This document shows, piece after piece, positions 8,661 through 18,365 of a stretch of 64,000 bases of DNA. Both the position numbers and the translations under genes were made by a program. The notes beneath the pieces were generated by a model that saw only the letters and a program-made list of their open reading frames with translations, made no database searches and was not told where the DNA came from. The first letter of the stretch is position 1. Each line of letters opens with the position of its first letter. The DNA comes from an uncultured Thermoplasmatales archaeon (GTDB taxonomy: Archaea; Thermoplasmatota; E2; DHVEG-1): positions 1,245 to 65,244 of the forward strand of contig CAZYLG010000002.1 in NCBI GenBank assembly GCA_964648565.1, written 5' to 3'.

Positions 8661-11288
8661 ATGGAAAGGAAAAAACTATTTAAACAAAAAGCAAAAACAA
8701 CAACTAAAGGTTTATCCTTAAAGATAAAACTAGTAAGTATTCTTTTAGCACTTAGTCTTATTCCCCTTGGAGTAGTGGGAGTACTTGCTTATAGTAATGC
8801 TTCTGATGCTATGCATGATCTTACCGCAAAAGAAAAATTGACGTTAGAGGAAAAATCTCAGGAAGAATTACATGCTATTGCAAAACTGAAAGCAGAGTGG
8901 ATTACTAATTTTTTTGGTGAACGAAAAGGCGATGTAACCGTATTAGCAGACAGTCCAGCTGTTATTGATGCAATTACGGAAATCGATGCAGCATTTACTT
9001 CTGCTAAAAACACGTATCCGACATATACTGGAAAACAATTATTGAATGCCGACAATGATTATTTTAATGCATTTAATGCTCATGATACATTTCTAACAAA
9101 TTACATGAATGAATATGGTTATTACGATATCTTCTTAATAGATGATGATGAAGGAGATGTCATTTATACATCTGCTCAAGAAGCAGATTATGGTACTCGT
9201 TTGAGTAATGAAAACACAGGTCTATCTGAAGCATGGGAAGAATGTTTAGATTCTGGATCTGCTTATCTTACAGATACGGAAAAATATGCTCCATCAAATG
9301 GTGCTGCAGCCATGTTTGTTGCTCATCCTGTTACTGATGGGGCCGAAACCATTGGTGTTGTTGCCCTTCAAATTAGCCAGGCTGCTATTGATGATATTAT
9401 GCAGATTGCTGAAGGAATGGGTTCTACTGGTGAGACGTATCTTGTTGGTTCTGATTATCTTTTTAGAAGTAACTCTCGATTAACTACCGATGACACACTA
9501 CTTACCACTGAAGTAAATACAAAAGGCCCACAAGAAGCATTCAGATCAAAAGACTCTTATCAAGGCGTTTATGGTGATTATACAAGTAAAGCTGAAGCTG
9601 CTGCTCAAGGAGGTCGAGAATACTCTGATGAACTTGGTGGTGTCCCTGTTTTGGGTTATACTACATATCTTGATCTTTTCGAAGGTCAGAACATGGAAGG
9701 ATGGGCATTAGTCGCTGAGATTGATGAAGCTGAAGCTTATGCTGAAGTGTATGCTGCTGAAGCAGCTTCAGAAGCCGCGGTAGCAAATTTAATGACCGTA
9801 ACGATTTCAATTATTCTTGCAGCAGCAATTATCATTGCAATTGTTGGTATTTTGTTTTCTCGAACGATTACTAATCCAATTCAAACTATTGCTAATGAAG
9901 CCAAAAAAATGGCAGATACTGGTGATTTGAATATCCGGGCATCAGTCAAAACAAAAGATGAAATCGGTCAAATGGCAACATCGATCAATGCGATGCTTGA
10001 TAATGTTGCTAAACCAGTAAAGGAACTATCTGGAGTTGCTGAAAAGATTGCAGAAGGTGATCTTCGTCAAGAAGTCAACATTCAAGCAAAAGGTGATATT
10101 AATGGACTCATTGGTTCTTTTTCGGAAATGACTAATAAATTAAAGAATTTGATTGGTGACATCAGACGAGGGGCTCAGGATACAGCATCAGCAGCTGAAG
10201 AATTATCATCTTCTGCTGAAGAAGTTAATGCTTCTGTTGAGCAAACCTCATCAACCATTCAACAAATAGCGGATGGATCAAGTCGAACTAGTGAACAAAC
10301 AAATGTAGTTATTGATGAATCTAAACGTGCTGGTGAAGCCGCGGATAAAGGACAGCAATCAGCGGGACAGGTCAGTAGTAAAATGAGTGAGATTCAAACA
10401 ACGACGGAGGATGGAGCGAATCGTATTGGAGCACTTGGTGAGAAAAGCAAAGAAATCGGTAACATCGTTGACACAATTAATCAGATCAGTGAGCAAACTA
10501 ATTTGCTTGCATTGAATGCTGCAATTGAAGCAGCTCGAGCAGGAGAAGCTGGTCGAGGTTTTGCTGTGGTTGCTGATGAAGTTCGAAAGCTTGCTGAGGA
10601 AAGCGGTCAGGCAACACAGCAGATTAGTAGTTTGATCCAAGGCATTCAAACGGAGATTGAAAGTGCTGTTACGAGTATGAACGAAAATACGAAACAAGTG
10701 GAAGAAGGAAGTAAAGGTGTTGCAGATGCTGTTGAACTCTTTGAGGAACTTCCAGCTATTGTTAGTGCAGTGAATAAAGCTGCTAGTGAAGTTGCAAGTG
10801 TCGCTCAAGAGAATGCTGCGGGTAGTGAGGAAGCTAGTTCAGCCATGCAACAAGTGAGTGCTTCCATGCAACAAGTTTCTAGTAGTGCACAAAAACTGAG
10901 TGGTCTTGCAGAAGATATGAACACATTAGTAGGTCAATTCACTATTGATGATGCCGATATGAATCAACAATCCGTGACCAATACACAAAACAAATTCCAA
11001 TATGGTCAACATCACAGCCAATCACAAAAATATAATACGGCTCAAACCGATTTTCAACATGATCATTCCCCGTCAAAAAAGTTCAATTACGAAAACGAAA
11101 AACGGCAGCCACATCAACAACAATCCGTTTCACATTCGGGCCATGAACCAAACAAGTTCTCTGCAGAAAAATCTGGAGAGACTCATTCCTCATTTGACTC
11201 CAATTCTGATCATCAAAAGGAACAAAATGAGGTAAATGAGGAAAATAAAACTAATGCTAATAAAACAAATGAGAAAAAAGAGGTGTAA
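8661..11288 (+). CDS. Transmembrane methyl-accepting chemotaxis protein: Cache-type periplasmic domain, 2 HAMP domains, MA signalling domain, and a long Q/H/S/N-rich tail
   Basis: Two TM segments flank a ~330-aa extracytoplasmic domain ([36 protein letters not shown]). The signalling hairpin core is [38 protein letters not shown]. Confidence 0.9.
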   Translation: MERKKLFKQKAKTTTKGLSLKIKLVSILLALSLIPLGVVGVLAYSNASDAMHDLTAKEKLTLEEKSQEELHAIAKLKAEWITNFFGERKGDVTVLADSPAVIDAITEIDAAFTSAKNTYPTYTGKQLLNADNDYFNAFNAHDTFLTNYMNEYGYYDIFLIDDDEGDVIYTSAQEADYGTRLSNENTGLSEAWEECLDSGSAYLTDTEKYAPSNGAAAMFVAHPVTDGAETIGVVALQISQAAIDDIMQIAEGMGSTGETYLVGSDYLFRSNSRLTTDDTLLTTEVNTKGPQEAFRSKDSYQGVYGDYTSKAEAAAQGGREYSDELGGVPVLGYTTYLDLFEGQNMEGWALVAEIDEAEAYAEVYAAEAASEAAVANLMTVTISIILAAAIIIAIVGILFSRTITNPIQTIANEAKKMADTGDLNIRASVKTKDEIGQMATSINAMLDNVAKPVKELSGVAEKIAEGDLRQEVNIQAKGDINGLIGSFSEMTNKLKNLIGDIRRGAQDTASAAEELSSSAEEVNASVEQTSSTIQQIADGSSRTSEQTNVVIDESKRAGEAADKGQQSAGQVSSKMSEIQTTTEDGANRIGALGEKSKEIGNIVDTINQISEQTNLLALNAAIEAARAGEAGRGFAVVADEVRKLAEESGQATQQISSLIQGIQTEIESAVTSMNENTKQVEEGSKGVADAVELFEELPAIVSAVNKAASEVASVAQENAAGSEEASSAMQQVSASMQQVSSSAQKLSGLAEDMNTLVGQFTIDDADMNQQSVTNTQNKFQYGQHHSQSQKYNTAQTDFQHDHSPSKKFNYENEKRQPHQQQSVSHSGHEPNKFSAEKSGETHSSFDSNSDHQKEQNEVNEENKTNANKTNEKKEV

Positions 11289-11291
11289 AAT

Positions 11292-11978
11292 ATGCCAGTT
11301 GGAACTGAACAAGGCGAATTTGGAAAACATGGTAGTGATGACCAGCAATTGGTCATCTTTAAGATAGCTGGAGAAGAATTTGGCGTAGATATTAACGAAG
11401 TCAAAGAAATTATCCGTTGGGAAGACGTAACTCGAATACCCAACACTGAAAGTTACATCAAAGGTGTCATCAATCTAAGAGGAAGTATTGTAGTGGTTAA
11501 TGATTTAGCCATGAAACTCGGACTTCCATCAAAAGAAGTGGATGATGATACTAGAATTCTTGTGGTTGAAGTAGGTGGAAATACGGTTGGAATGGTCGTT
11601 GATAGTGCAACAGAGGTCCTTCGATTGGAAGGAGAGAAAGTACAAGATGCACCGGATATGATTACTAGTGGCATCGATCAAAACTATATTGATGGTGTTG
11701 GTGTGCTAGATGAGAAACGATTACTTACGCTACTTGATCTTTCAAAAGTCATGGTTTCAAAAGATTATGAGAAAATTTTGAAGGCTCAACAAGCAGCAGA
11801 ACGGGGTATGTACAACAATAATAAACGTAAATCGGAACAAAAAGTACAAAACAAACCGGAAGATTCTGATCAAACAATGGAAAACTTTGAACAATCAGAA
11901 AATAATAAAAATTCGACTGCTAATACAACTTCGGAAAAAACAACGCAAACAAAAAAGAAAAACACGAAAAAAGACTAA
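11292..11978 (+). CDS. cheW: CheW coupling protein with a ~70-aa low-complexity C-terminal tail
   Basis: QLVIFKIAGEEFGVDINEVKEIIRWEDVTRIPNTESYIKGVINLRGSIVVVNDL is a typical CheW-domain sequence. It starts 3 nt after the MCP stop. Confidence 0.9.
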   Translation: MPVGTEQGEFGKHGSDDQQLVIFKIAGEEFGVDINEVKEIIRWEDVTRIPNTESYIKGVINLRGSIVVVNDLAMKLGLPSKEVDDDTRILVVEVGGNTVGMVVDSATEVLRLEGEKVQDAPDMITSGIDQNYIDGVGVLDEKRLLTLLDLSKVMVSKDYEKILKAQQAAERGMYNNNKRKSEQKVQNKPEDSDQTMENFEQSENNKNSTANTTSEKTTQTKKKNTKKD

Positions 11979-13211
11979 ATGGAGGAAAGAAAGATGGGAT
12001 TGGATGGATTATTTAAGAAAAATGCAGAAAATTCAGATGATATCCAAGGATTGATAGATAATAGTAAATTAATACTTGAACGAATTGTTGATCCTTTTTT
12101 TATCGCGGATAAAAATTTGACGGTACGCTACATTAACAATGCTGCCTTAAAAGCCCTTGGTTATACCTGGGATGAAGTTGTTGGAAAACTGAGTTGTGAT
12201 AAAATTTCACAAACACCATTATGTAACACATCTCAATGTACGTTAAAGAATTGTTTTGCAAGTAAACAAGAAGTAATTGGGAAAACACAAGCTACGGCTA
12301 AGGATGGAACGAAAATAGACATCCGTGCGGGTTGTAATGCAATCATGAACAACAATGGTGATGTGGTTGGTGGATTTGAATTAATTCAAGATATCACACG
12401 CGACCGAGAAATGGGACGTCAACTTGGAACTATGGCTAATCAATTATCATCTTCATCTGAGGAACTTTCTTCATCTGCTGAAGAAGTCAATGCATCTATT
12501 GAAGAAACCTCTTCAACCATTCAACAAATTGCAGAGGGGGCAAACACTACATCAACTCAGACCAACACAGTTATTGAAGAATCTGGTAAAGCTGGTGAAG
12601 CAGCTCAGCGTGGTAAGGAATCAGCCGATCAAGTCAATCAAAAAATGGGTGAAATTCAAGATACCACTGAAAAAGGAGCTAAAGGTATTGCTGCTCTTGG
12701 TGAAAAAAGTAAAGAAATCGGTAATATCGTTGATACCATTAATCAGATCAGTGAACAAACAAACTTATTAGCATTAAATGCTGCCATTGAAGCAGCTCGA
12801 GCTGGTGATGCAGGACGAGGTTTTGCAGTTGTCGCTGATGAAGTTCGAAAACTAGCTGAGGAAAGTGGTCAGGCAACAAAGCAGATCAGTAGTCTAATCA
12901 CTAGTATTCAAGGTGAGATCGATAGTGCGGTTAGTAGCATGAATGAAAACACTAAACAGGTTGAGGAAGGAAGCGAAGGTGTTGCTGAAGCAGTGAAATC
13001 TTTTGATGAGTTGCCACCTATCATTCAACTGGTTGATAATGCGGCTAATGAGGTTGCTAGTGTCGCCCAAGAAAATGCTTCAAGTAGTCAACAAGCATCT
13101 TCAGCTATGCAAGAAGTATCAGCTTCCATGCAACAAGTCACAGGTAGCGCTCAGAGTTTAACTGATTTGGCTAATAAATTATCTAATTTAGCTAAAGAAT
13201 TAAACGAGTAA
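11979..13211 (+). CDS. Soluble PAS-domain methyl-accepting chemotaxis protein
   Basis: N-terminal PAS ([31 protein letters not shown]), no TM segment, and an MA domain with the same hairpin core as 8661-11288. ATG 11994 is an alternative start. Confidence 0.9.
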   Translation: MEERKMGLDGLFKKNAENSDDIQGLIDNSKLILERIVDPFFIADKNLTVRYINNAALKALGYTWDEVVGKLSCDKISQTPLCNTSQCTLKNCFASKQEVIGKTQATAKDGTKIDIRAGCNAIMNNNGDVVGGFELIQDITRDREMGRQLGTMANQLSSSSEELSSSAEEVNASIEETSSTIQQIAEGANTTSTQTNTVIEESGKAGEAAQRGKESADQVNQKMGEIQDTTEKGAKGIAALGEKSKEIGNIVDTINQISEQTNLLALNAAIEAARAGDAGRGFAVVADEVRKLAEESGQATKQISSLITSIQGEIDSAVSSMNENTKQVEEGSEGVAEAVKSFDELPPIIQLVDNAANEVASVAQENASSSQQASSAMQEVSASMQQVTGSAQSLTDLANKLSNLAKELNE

Positions 13212-13232
13212 GCACAACGTAATAAAAACACT

Positions 13233-13272
13233 AGTGAGTGATTGTCAAACCAATCACTACTCACTTTTTTTT
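13233..13272 (+). terminator. Hairpin plus T8 tract downstream of the MCP-CheW-MCP unit
   Basis: AGTGAGTGATTG-tcaaac-CAATCACT(act)CACT forms 12 bp with a 3-nt bulge. TTTTTTTT follows at 13265-13272, 22 nt after the stop at 13211. Confidence 0.5.
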
Positions 13273-13273
13273 A

Positions 13274-13411
13274 AAACGGTGATTTTTGAAATCTCCAGAT
13301 AACCACATCATTATCTGATAAGATATAGTGAAAACTGTCTTTATTGTCATACTCTCCATTTACTTCAAATTGCCAGTATTTATGTTCTCTTCCATTAGTA
13401 ATGTTGTTGAG
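13274..13411 (-). pseudogene. Possible remnant of a DUF4430-like gene (C-terminal 46 codons, no start codon)
   Basis: The minus-strand frame reads LNNITNGREHKYWQFEVNGEYDNKDSFHYILSDNDVVIWRFQKSPF*, bounded upstream by TAA with no ATG/GTG/TTG. The xYWxFxVNG...L.D.D.I.W pattern recalls the DUF4430 C-terminus (from memory). Confidence 0.3.
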
Positions 13412-13744
13412 TTAATTATCATCAAAAATAAATTCTGTTATTTTCCTCTTTTACACCTGCATATTCAACTGAATATACAAAGAAAAAAAGAAGGGATGTT
13501 ATTGAACGTAGCAAACTACATTTCATTAGCTACATTCATAAATATTTGCTCAGAAGTAAATCTTCCAAGTTATACGTTCGAAGTTCCCACGCTTTACAAA
13601 TCATAATTTCGCTGCCTCCCCACTTTAAGGCAATACCCAGCAAGTAATCTCTCATTTATCAACTCTTTCATTTATTCAAATATTAAATCACAAAAATAAA
13701 TCAAAAAATAATTATGAAACAAATAAAAAAAACAGGGACTCAAA

Positions 13745-14107
13745 TCAACCCTTTAAAATCCGATCAACAGTATTCAATAATGTATCCTTATCAAACGGTT
13801 TTAAAATATAATCAGACAATCCTTCACTCAACAATGTTTCCTTCCGCTTATCAGAAATCTCAAGCACACTCATAAACGCTACTTTCAAATCATCATGAGT
13901 CTTTTTAATCCGATTAAACACATCCCAACCACTCATCCCCGGCATCATAATATCAAGTAACACTAAATCAACATCAACATCATCAAGTTTATCAAGACAT
14001 TCCTCACCACTATACGCAGGAACTACTTCATACCCACCAATTTCAAGAACCGTACGAGTCAAATCAACAATATCTGGTTCGTTATCAACAACCATTATTT
14101 TTTTCAT
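13745..14107 (-). CDS. Single-domain CheY-like response regulator (receiver only)
   Basis: MKKIMVVDNEPDIV...LVLLDIMMPGMSGWDV...KPF carries the receiver-domain acidic pocket, the phospho-acceptor D in LLDIMMP, and the conserved K in ILKPF. ATG 14107 is preferred over the longer track ORF. Confidence 0.85.
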   Translation of the reverse strand: MKKIMVVDNEPDIVDLTRTVLEIGGYEVVPAYSGEECLDKLDDVDVDLVLLDIMMPGMSGWDVFNRIKKTHDDLKVAFMSVLEISDKRKETLLSEGLSDYILKPFDKDTLLNTVDRILKG

Positions 14108-14270
14108 CGTGTTCAAACACCATTCCATCAACAATACAAAGTATTCAACCTTGTATAGAATCAATGCATATAAACACTTTATCCTTTTTAACCTAACGAT
14201 TAAAAATCATAAAATAACTAGAATCTTTAAATTACATAAACTGTATTCACCAAAAAAAGGAGATAATCCT

Positions 14271-15269
14271 GTGGCTGCCCAACCTAATAAAGTAACCATC
14301 ACCACAAAACTTTTCGCTCACCTTGAAACCATGAGGCCATACACGGTGATCTGGTGCGGACTAGTTAGTCTTGCTGGTGCTTGCTTAAGCTGGGGAAAAT
14401 TACCGCCACTTGATGTTGCCCTTCTTTCATTAATCGTCCCAATAATGGGATGGATATCTGGATTATACCTTTCAGACTTTCTTGATCGAAAGTTAGATAA
14501 AATCGAAAAACCACATCGACCAATACCATCCGGGAGAATTAAACCATACGAAGCAATCATTGTTGGATCAATCTATGCAATAGTAGGTACCTTTTTTTCA
14601 TGGTACCTTGGAATTAAAAATTTCAGCCTTGTTTTCGTCGTAGCACTCCTCGTACTAACCTATACATCAATAGCAAAATCAAGAGGATTCCTTGGTCATA
14701 TAAACAGAGGTGTTGTCACCGTCGCAGCATATTTTTATGGAGTTTTTACCGCACCTGTTGCATTAGATACAATTCCGATATACATCTGGCTTCTTGCACC
14801 TGTTTTTTTATTCCATGATGCAAACAGCAACCTTGTGGGGGCTATTAGAGACAGAGAAGGAGATAAAAAAGGAGGATATCAAACCATCCCAGTTAAATAT
14901 GGAATTAAAAAATCAATTGGATTATCTGCACTTCTTACCATAATCTGGTTCTCAATCGCATTTATTCTTCCTCTTCAATATGATTTTGTTTCACACTATT
15001 ACTATTATCTTATCTTTATAGATGTTATTATTCTAATATCATTTTATGCATTCTTCTTTTGGTCTCTTAAATCATACTCACGAAAAAAGGCATTAAGATA
15101 CCATGAATTCTTTGTCATTGAACGAATCACCTTAGCATCAGCATTTATCATTGGATCAACTACACTTTATCTTGGTATCGGTATTTATCTAACTGCATTG
15201 ATTTTAACAAGTTTATTCCAGATTAGTTTACGGTCTCGTTATGAATTTAAGGATGGAAAACTTACATGA
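14271..15269 (+). CDS. UbiA-family aromatic/isoprenoid prenyltransferase
   Basis: About 8 TM helices. First Asp-rich motif SDFLDRKLDKIEKPHRPIPSGRI, second motif AIRDREGDKKGG. GTG 14271 sits after AAGGAG (14258-14263). The track start 14109 would overlap the divergent response regulator. Confidence 0.8.
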   Translation: MAAQPNKVTITTKLFAHLETMRPYTVIWCGLVSLAGACLSWGKLPPLDVALLSLIVPIMGWISGLYLSDFLDRKLDKIEKPHRPIPSGRIKPYEAIIVGSIYAIVGTFFSWYLGIKNFSLVFVVALLVLTYTSIAKSRGFLGHINRGVVTVAAYFYGVFTAPVALDTIPIYIWLLAPVFLFHDANSNLVGAIRDREGDKKGGYQTIPVKYGIKKSIGLSALLTIIWFSIAFILPLQYDFVSHYYYYLIFIDVIILISFYAFFFWSLKSYSRKKALRYHEFFVIERITLASAFIIGSTTLYLGIGIYLTALILTSLFQISLRSRYEFKDGKLT

Positions 15270-16213
15270 AATGTTTAGTAACAGGATCTTCAGGATTCAT
15301 TGGCAATGCGTTAGTTCACCGGCTTTGTAATCAAGATCATGAAGTCATTGGATTAACTCATAAACAGGATCCACCTAAAAAACATCCCAAAGCAACGTAT
15401 ATTACTGATGATATCGTACGTCCCGCAGATAAATTAAAAGAAGCATGCAAAACTGTTGATGTAGTGTTTCATTGTGCTGCTTTTGTAAAAGATTACGGAT
15501 CAAAGAAACTGTTTTATGAAATCAATGTCGATGGAACAAAAAACCTTGTCAACCTTTGTAAAGATTCAATTAATAGGTTTGTTTTTCTTAGTCACATCCC
15601 TTATGAAAAAGTCACTGCTTCAAATTATTATAATAAGACTAAAACTATAGCTGAAACATATTTGCATGAACAGTATAAAAAAAATGGTTTTCCTGAAGTA
15701 GTCATTCGGCCCGGTAATGTGTATGGGCCAGGAGCAACAACCTGGGTAGTTCGCCCGGTTCAATCAATAAAAAAAGAACGTATTGCACTTATCGATCATG
15801 GCTCAGGAATATTTCTACACACCTACATTGATAATTTACTGGATGCTCTCATCGTTGCAGCAGAAAAAGATAATGTTGTTGGTAAATCCATTGAAGTCAC
15901 TGATGGAGATCATTCAGTTACTTGGGGTGCGTATCTTAATGATTTAGCTAAAATAGTTGGTAAAGATCCAATTAAGAAAAATTTATCCAAATCAACAGCG
16001 TTACTTGTTGGAAAAATCATGATGCTTCTTCACAAAACATTTGGCATAAAACCATGGGTGACACCTCAAGCAGTTGAAACATTTACGAATACCAAAAAAG
16101 TATCAATCGATGAAGCAAGAAAACTTTTAGATTATTCACCACGGATTTCCTATGCGGAAGGTATGAACCAGGTCAAACAATGGTTGAAAAAAATGAATCT
16201 AGATCAATCTTAA
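15266..16213 (+). CDS. NAD(P)-dependent epimerase/dehydratase (extended SDR)
   Basis: MKCLVTGSSGFIGNALV is a GxxGxxG motif and YNKTK is the catalytic YxxxK. ATGA overlap with the UbiA stop at 15266-15269. Confidence 0.85.
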   Translation: MKCLVTGSSGFIGNALVHRLCNQDHEVIGLTHKQDPPKKHPKATYITDDIVRPADKLKEACKTVDVVFHCAAFVKDYGSKKLFYEINVDGTKNLVNLCKDSINRFVFLSHIPYEKVTASNYYNKTKTIAETYLHEQYKKNGFPEVVIRPGNVYGPGATTWVVRPVQSIKKERIALIDHGSGIFLHTYIDNLLDALIVAAEKDNVVGKSIEVTDGDHSVTWGAYLNDLAKIVGKDPIKKNLSKSTALLVGKIMMLLHKTFGIKPWVTPQAVETFTNTKKVSIDEARKLLDYSPRISYAEGMNQVKQWLKKMNLDQS

Positions 16214-16226
16214 TTTGTGAATTACT

Positions 16227-16877
16227 ATGATGAAAAAAATATTAAACATTCTTCAACAACTGATTTTTTCAACGATTGGCGATCAGATTAAACCTGGATC
16301 TTTCAAAAGAACCATGGATATTGCGTTTGTTTTGTTTGAAAAAATAGCATTTGCTTTTGAGGACGCATCCAAATTTTATATCAATGTATATCAAGAGATC
16401 GTTGATAAGGAACTACGATTACTCAATGATTATCAATTACAAAATATGTTAGTTGTTGGATCTGGTTCTATCCCTGCAACACCGATACTTCTTGCTAAAA
16501 AAAGCAATGCACAGATTGTCTGCATCGATATTGATAAACATGCAATACAAAAATCTCAACATGTATTAAAGAGAATGAAGTTGGATGATAAGATTAGTGT
16601 GAAATCTGGTGATGGCATTCATTTTTCATATGATGATTATGATGCAATTTTTATTTTATATGGAATGAAAAGTCAAAAAGAAATCATAGATTCACTTTCC
16701 GAATCTCTTCCTAAAAAAATTCCGGTCATTTTACGTGTAGTTCCTCAAGATGATAACGCATTAATTGACAATACTCCGTTTGATTTATCAACACTTTTTA
16801 CAATTAAAGGTAAGGTCAGATCACATAGTTGGGGTTTATTAGATTCATATCTATTGGAAAGAAAGTTAGAAAAGTAA
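16227..16877 (+). CDS. Rossmann-fold SAM-dependent transferase, nicotianamine-synthase-like
   Basis: MLVVGSGSIPATPILLAKK...IVCIDIDKHAI...YDAIFILYGM...K...VILRVV parallels the NAS/CntL pattern GSGPLPLTSI...N.D...YDVVFLAALVGM...K (from memory). It is shorter than typical NAS. Confidence 0.5.
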   Translation: MMKKILNILQQLIFSTIGDQIKPGSFKRTMDIAFVLFEKIAFAFEDASKFYINVYQEIVDKELRLLNDYQLQNMLVVGSGSIPATPILLAKKSNAQIVCIDIDKHAIQKSQHVLKRMKLDDKISVKSGDGIHFSYDDYDAIFILYGMKSQKEIIDSLSESLPKKIPVILRVVPQDDNALIDNTPFDLSTLFTIKGKVRSHSWGLLDSYLLERKLEK

Positions 16878-16895
16878 TTTTTTTGATTTATTAGT

Positions 16896-18266
16896 TTATT
16901 TATTCGCTAATTTAGACACAATAACTTTTGAAAAATGAGTTTGTGTTTCGTTCTTAATTTCATCTTGCGGAGTAACCGTTATTGAAACTTCAGGTCCTAT
17001 CTTTGCTTTAAATCTTTTTTTAAGTTCAGCAATAATTTTTTCGGAAGTAATCTCAGGATCCTTTTTTTCTTCGATTACCACTTTTATTTCAATATCATCT
17101 AACTGATGTTGAACTATTTGAAAATGAGTAATTTTGTACGAATTAAAATATTCCATGGTCTTTGCAGGAATACCCGTGACAGCTAACGGAGAAAGTGTTT
17201 TTCCATCTGGTAAATAAATCAGTTCTGATGCCCGTCCCTCAATTTTTTTAATCATATCTGAAGTGATTCCACAACTTGTTTTCTTTTTAATTGGTGTTGC
17301 AATATCATCAATACCTCTATATCGAATAATCGGCGTACCAGATCCATATAATTTAGTAATAACCGTATGACCGGGTGTATTCAATGGGACTGGTTGATCT
17401 TCTTTGTCTAAAAACTCGATTTTGACAAAATCAGAGTGAACATGATAATCACCTTCAATGCATTCAAAGCTCAGTGGTCCACCTTCTGTAGTACCATATG
17501 CATCTAGCACTCTTTTTCCATAAGCGAGTTCAACATATTGTTTTGTATAATCATCAAGCATCGACCCACTCGACAAGATATACTCTGGATTCACTTGTTT
17601 TCCATGACCATTTTCTTTTAAATAGGCCAGTTGACGAAGCATATTAGGATCTGTACCTAAATATTCGGGCTGAAAATCATTAAGCATTCTCATGATCTTT
17701 TCTGGTTTTTCTCCTAAATTTATGTATCGTATATTCTCCATTTTGAACAATCGATTGACAACTGGAATTTTTTCGATAAAAAACGCGTTTTCAGCACTAC
17801 CCGGTTCAGTGTCAATGATTAAAACAACTTTTGATTTCCTCCAATTTCCACCATACGCTTTTAATGCTCTTACAAATCCAAGCAAACTTTTTAGTGCGGA
17901 GAATCGATCGATGACTACAAACACAGGTTTTCCAGTGGATCCTGATGTTGAAACCGTGAAACTATTACTTGGATCAAGATTTTTTGGCGTGATTCCATGT
18001 GGATAATTATTTCGTAAATCATCCTTTGTGATAAATGGAAGTTTGTTGATATCCTCAATTCCTTGTATATCGCGAGGGTGAATACCATGTCTCTTGTATT
18101 TTTCGTGATACATCGGAACGGTATACGCATAATTGACAATACGTCGGAATTGATTATCTTGATACGTTTTCAATTGTTGTTCATTTAAATTCCAAAGTCT
18201 ATTTACATCAGAAAGATACATTTTTGCTAAACGAACCATAAATGAAAGATTTGAAAATGGAGCCAT
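16896..18266 (-). CDS. Adenylate-forming enzyme, PaaK / coenzyme F390 synthetase / CapK-like
   Basis: The AMP-binding P-loop is VSTSGSTGKPVFVV, and the N-terminal region is PaaK-like (FRRIVNYAYTVPMYHEKYKRHGIHPRDIQGIEDINKLPFITKDDL). Confidence 0.8.
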   Translation of the reverse strand: MAPFSNLSFMVRLAKMYLSDVNRLWNLNEQQLKTYQDNQFRRIVNYAYTVPMYHEKYKRHGIHPRDIQGIEDINKLPFITKDDLRNNYPHGITPKNLDPSNSFTVSTSGSTGKPVFVVIDRFSALKSLLGFVRALKAYGGNWRKSKVVLIIDTEPGSAENAFFIEKIPVVNRLFKMENIRYINLGEKPEKIMRMLNDFQPEYLGTDPNMLRQLAYLKENGHGKQVNPEYILSSGSMLDDYTKQYVELAYGKRVLDAYGTTEGGPLSFECIEGDYHVHSDFVKIEFLDKEDQPVPLNTPGHTVITKLYGSGTPIIRYRGIDDIATPIKKKTSCGITSDMIKKIEGRASELIYLPDGKTLSPLAVTGIPAKTMEYFNSYKITHFQIVQHQLDDIEIKVVIEEKKDPEITSEKIIAELKKRFKAKIGPEVSITVTPQDEIKNETQTHFSKVIVSKLANK

Positions 18267-18365
18267 ACGTGTTCACCCAGATGTTTTTGCATATTATGTT
18301 TTTAAGAATATCTTTATAAGATAAGCATATTTAACTTTGTTTGAACAATAGTTCTAGAGTGACTG

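Noticed and set aside
10359-10808. 149-aa ORF antisense to the MCP signalling domain (also 8858-9055, 11213-11446, 11453-11674)
   Set aside because: It lies wholly inside a strongly supported MCP/CheW coding frame. Its Ser/Cys/Asn/Phe-rich translation is the typical mirror of Ala/Glu-rich coding sequence, and it has no recognisable motif.
12424-12771. 115-aa alternative-frame ORF inside the PAS-MCP gene (and 9286-9483 inside the first MCP)
   Set aside because: It is same-strand and out of frame within a conserved domain. The Leu/Lys-rich low-complexity product is a frame artefact of AT-rich sequence.
13328-13606. 92-aa ORF in the AT-rich spacer
   Set aside because: It has a GTG start with no SD, a hydrophobic/Ile-Phe-rich composition expected from random AT-rich DNA, and no motif. 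It also overlaps the opposite-strand remnant frame.
14134-14156. ATACAA-N11-TTGTAT palindrome in the divergent response-regulator/UbiA promoter region
   Set aside because: A 6-bp arm in AT-rich DNA is expected by chance. There is no second copy.
14109-14270. N-terminal extension of the UbiA ORF given by the longest-ORF call
   Set aside because: It would overlap the divergent response-regulator start. The extension is Asn/Lys/Ile-rich junk, and AAGGAG precedes GTG 14271.
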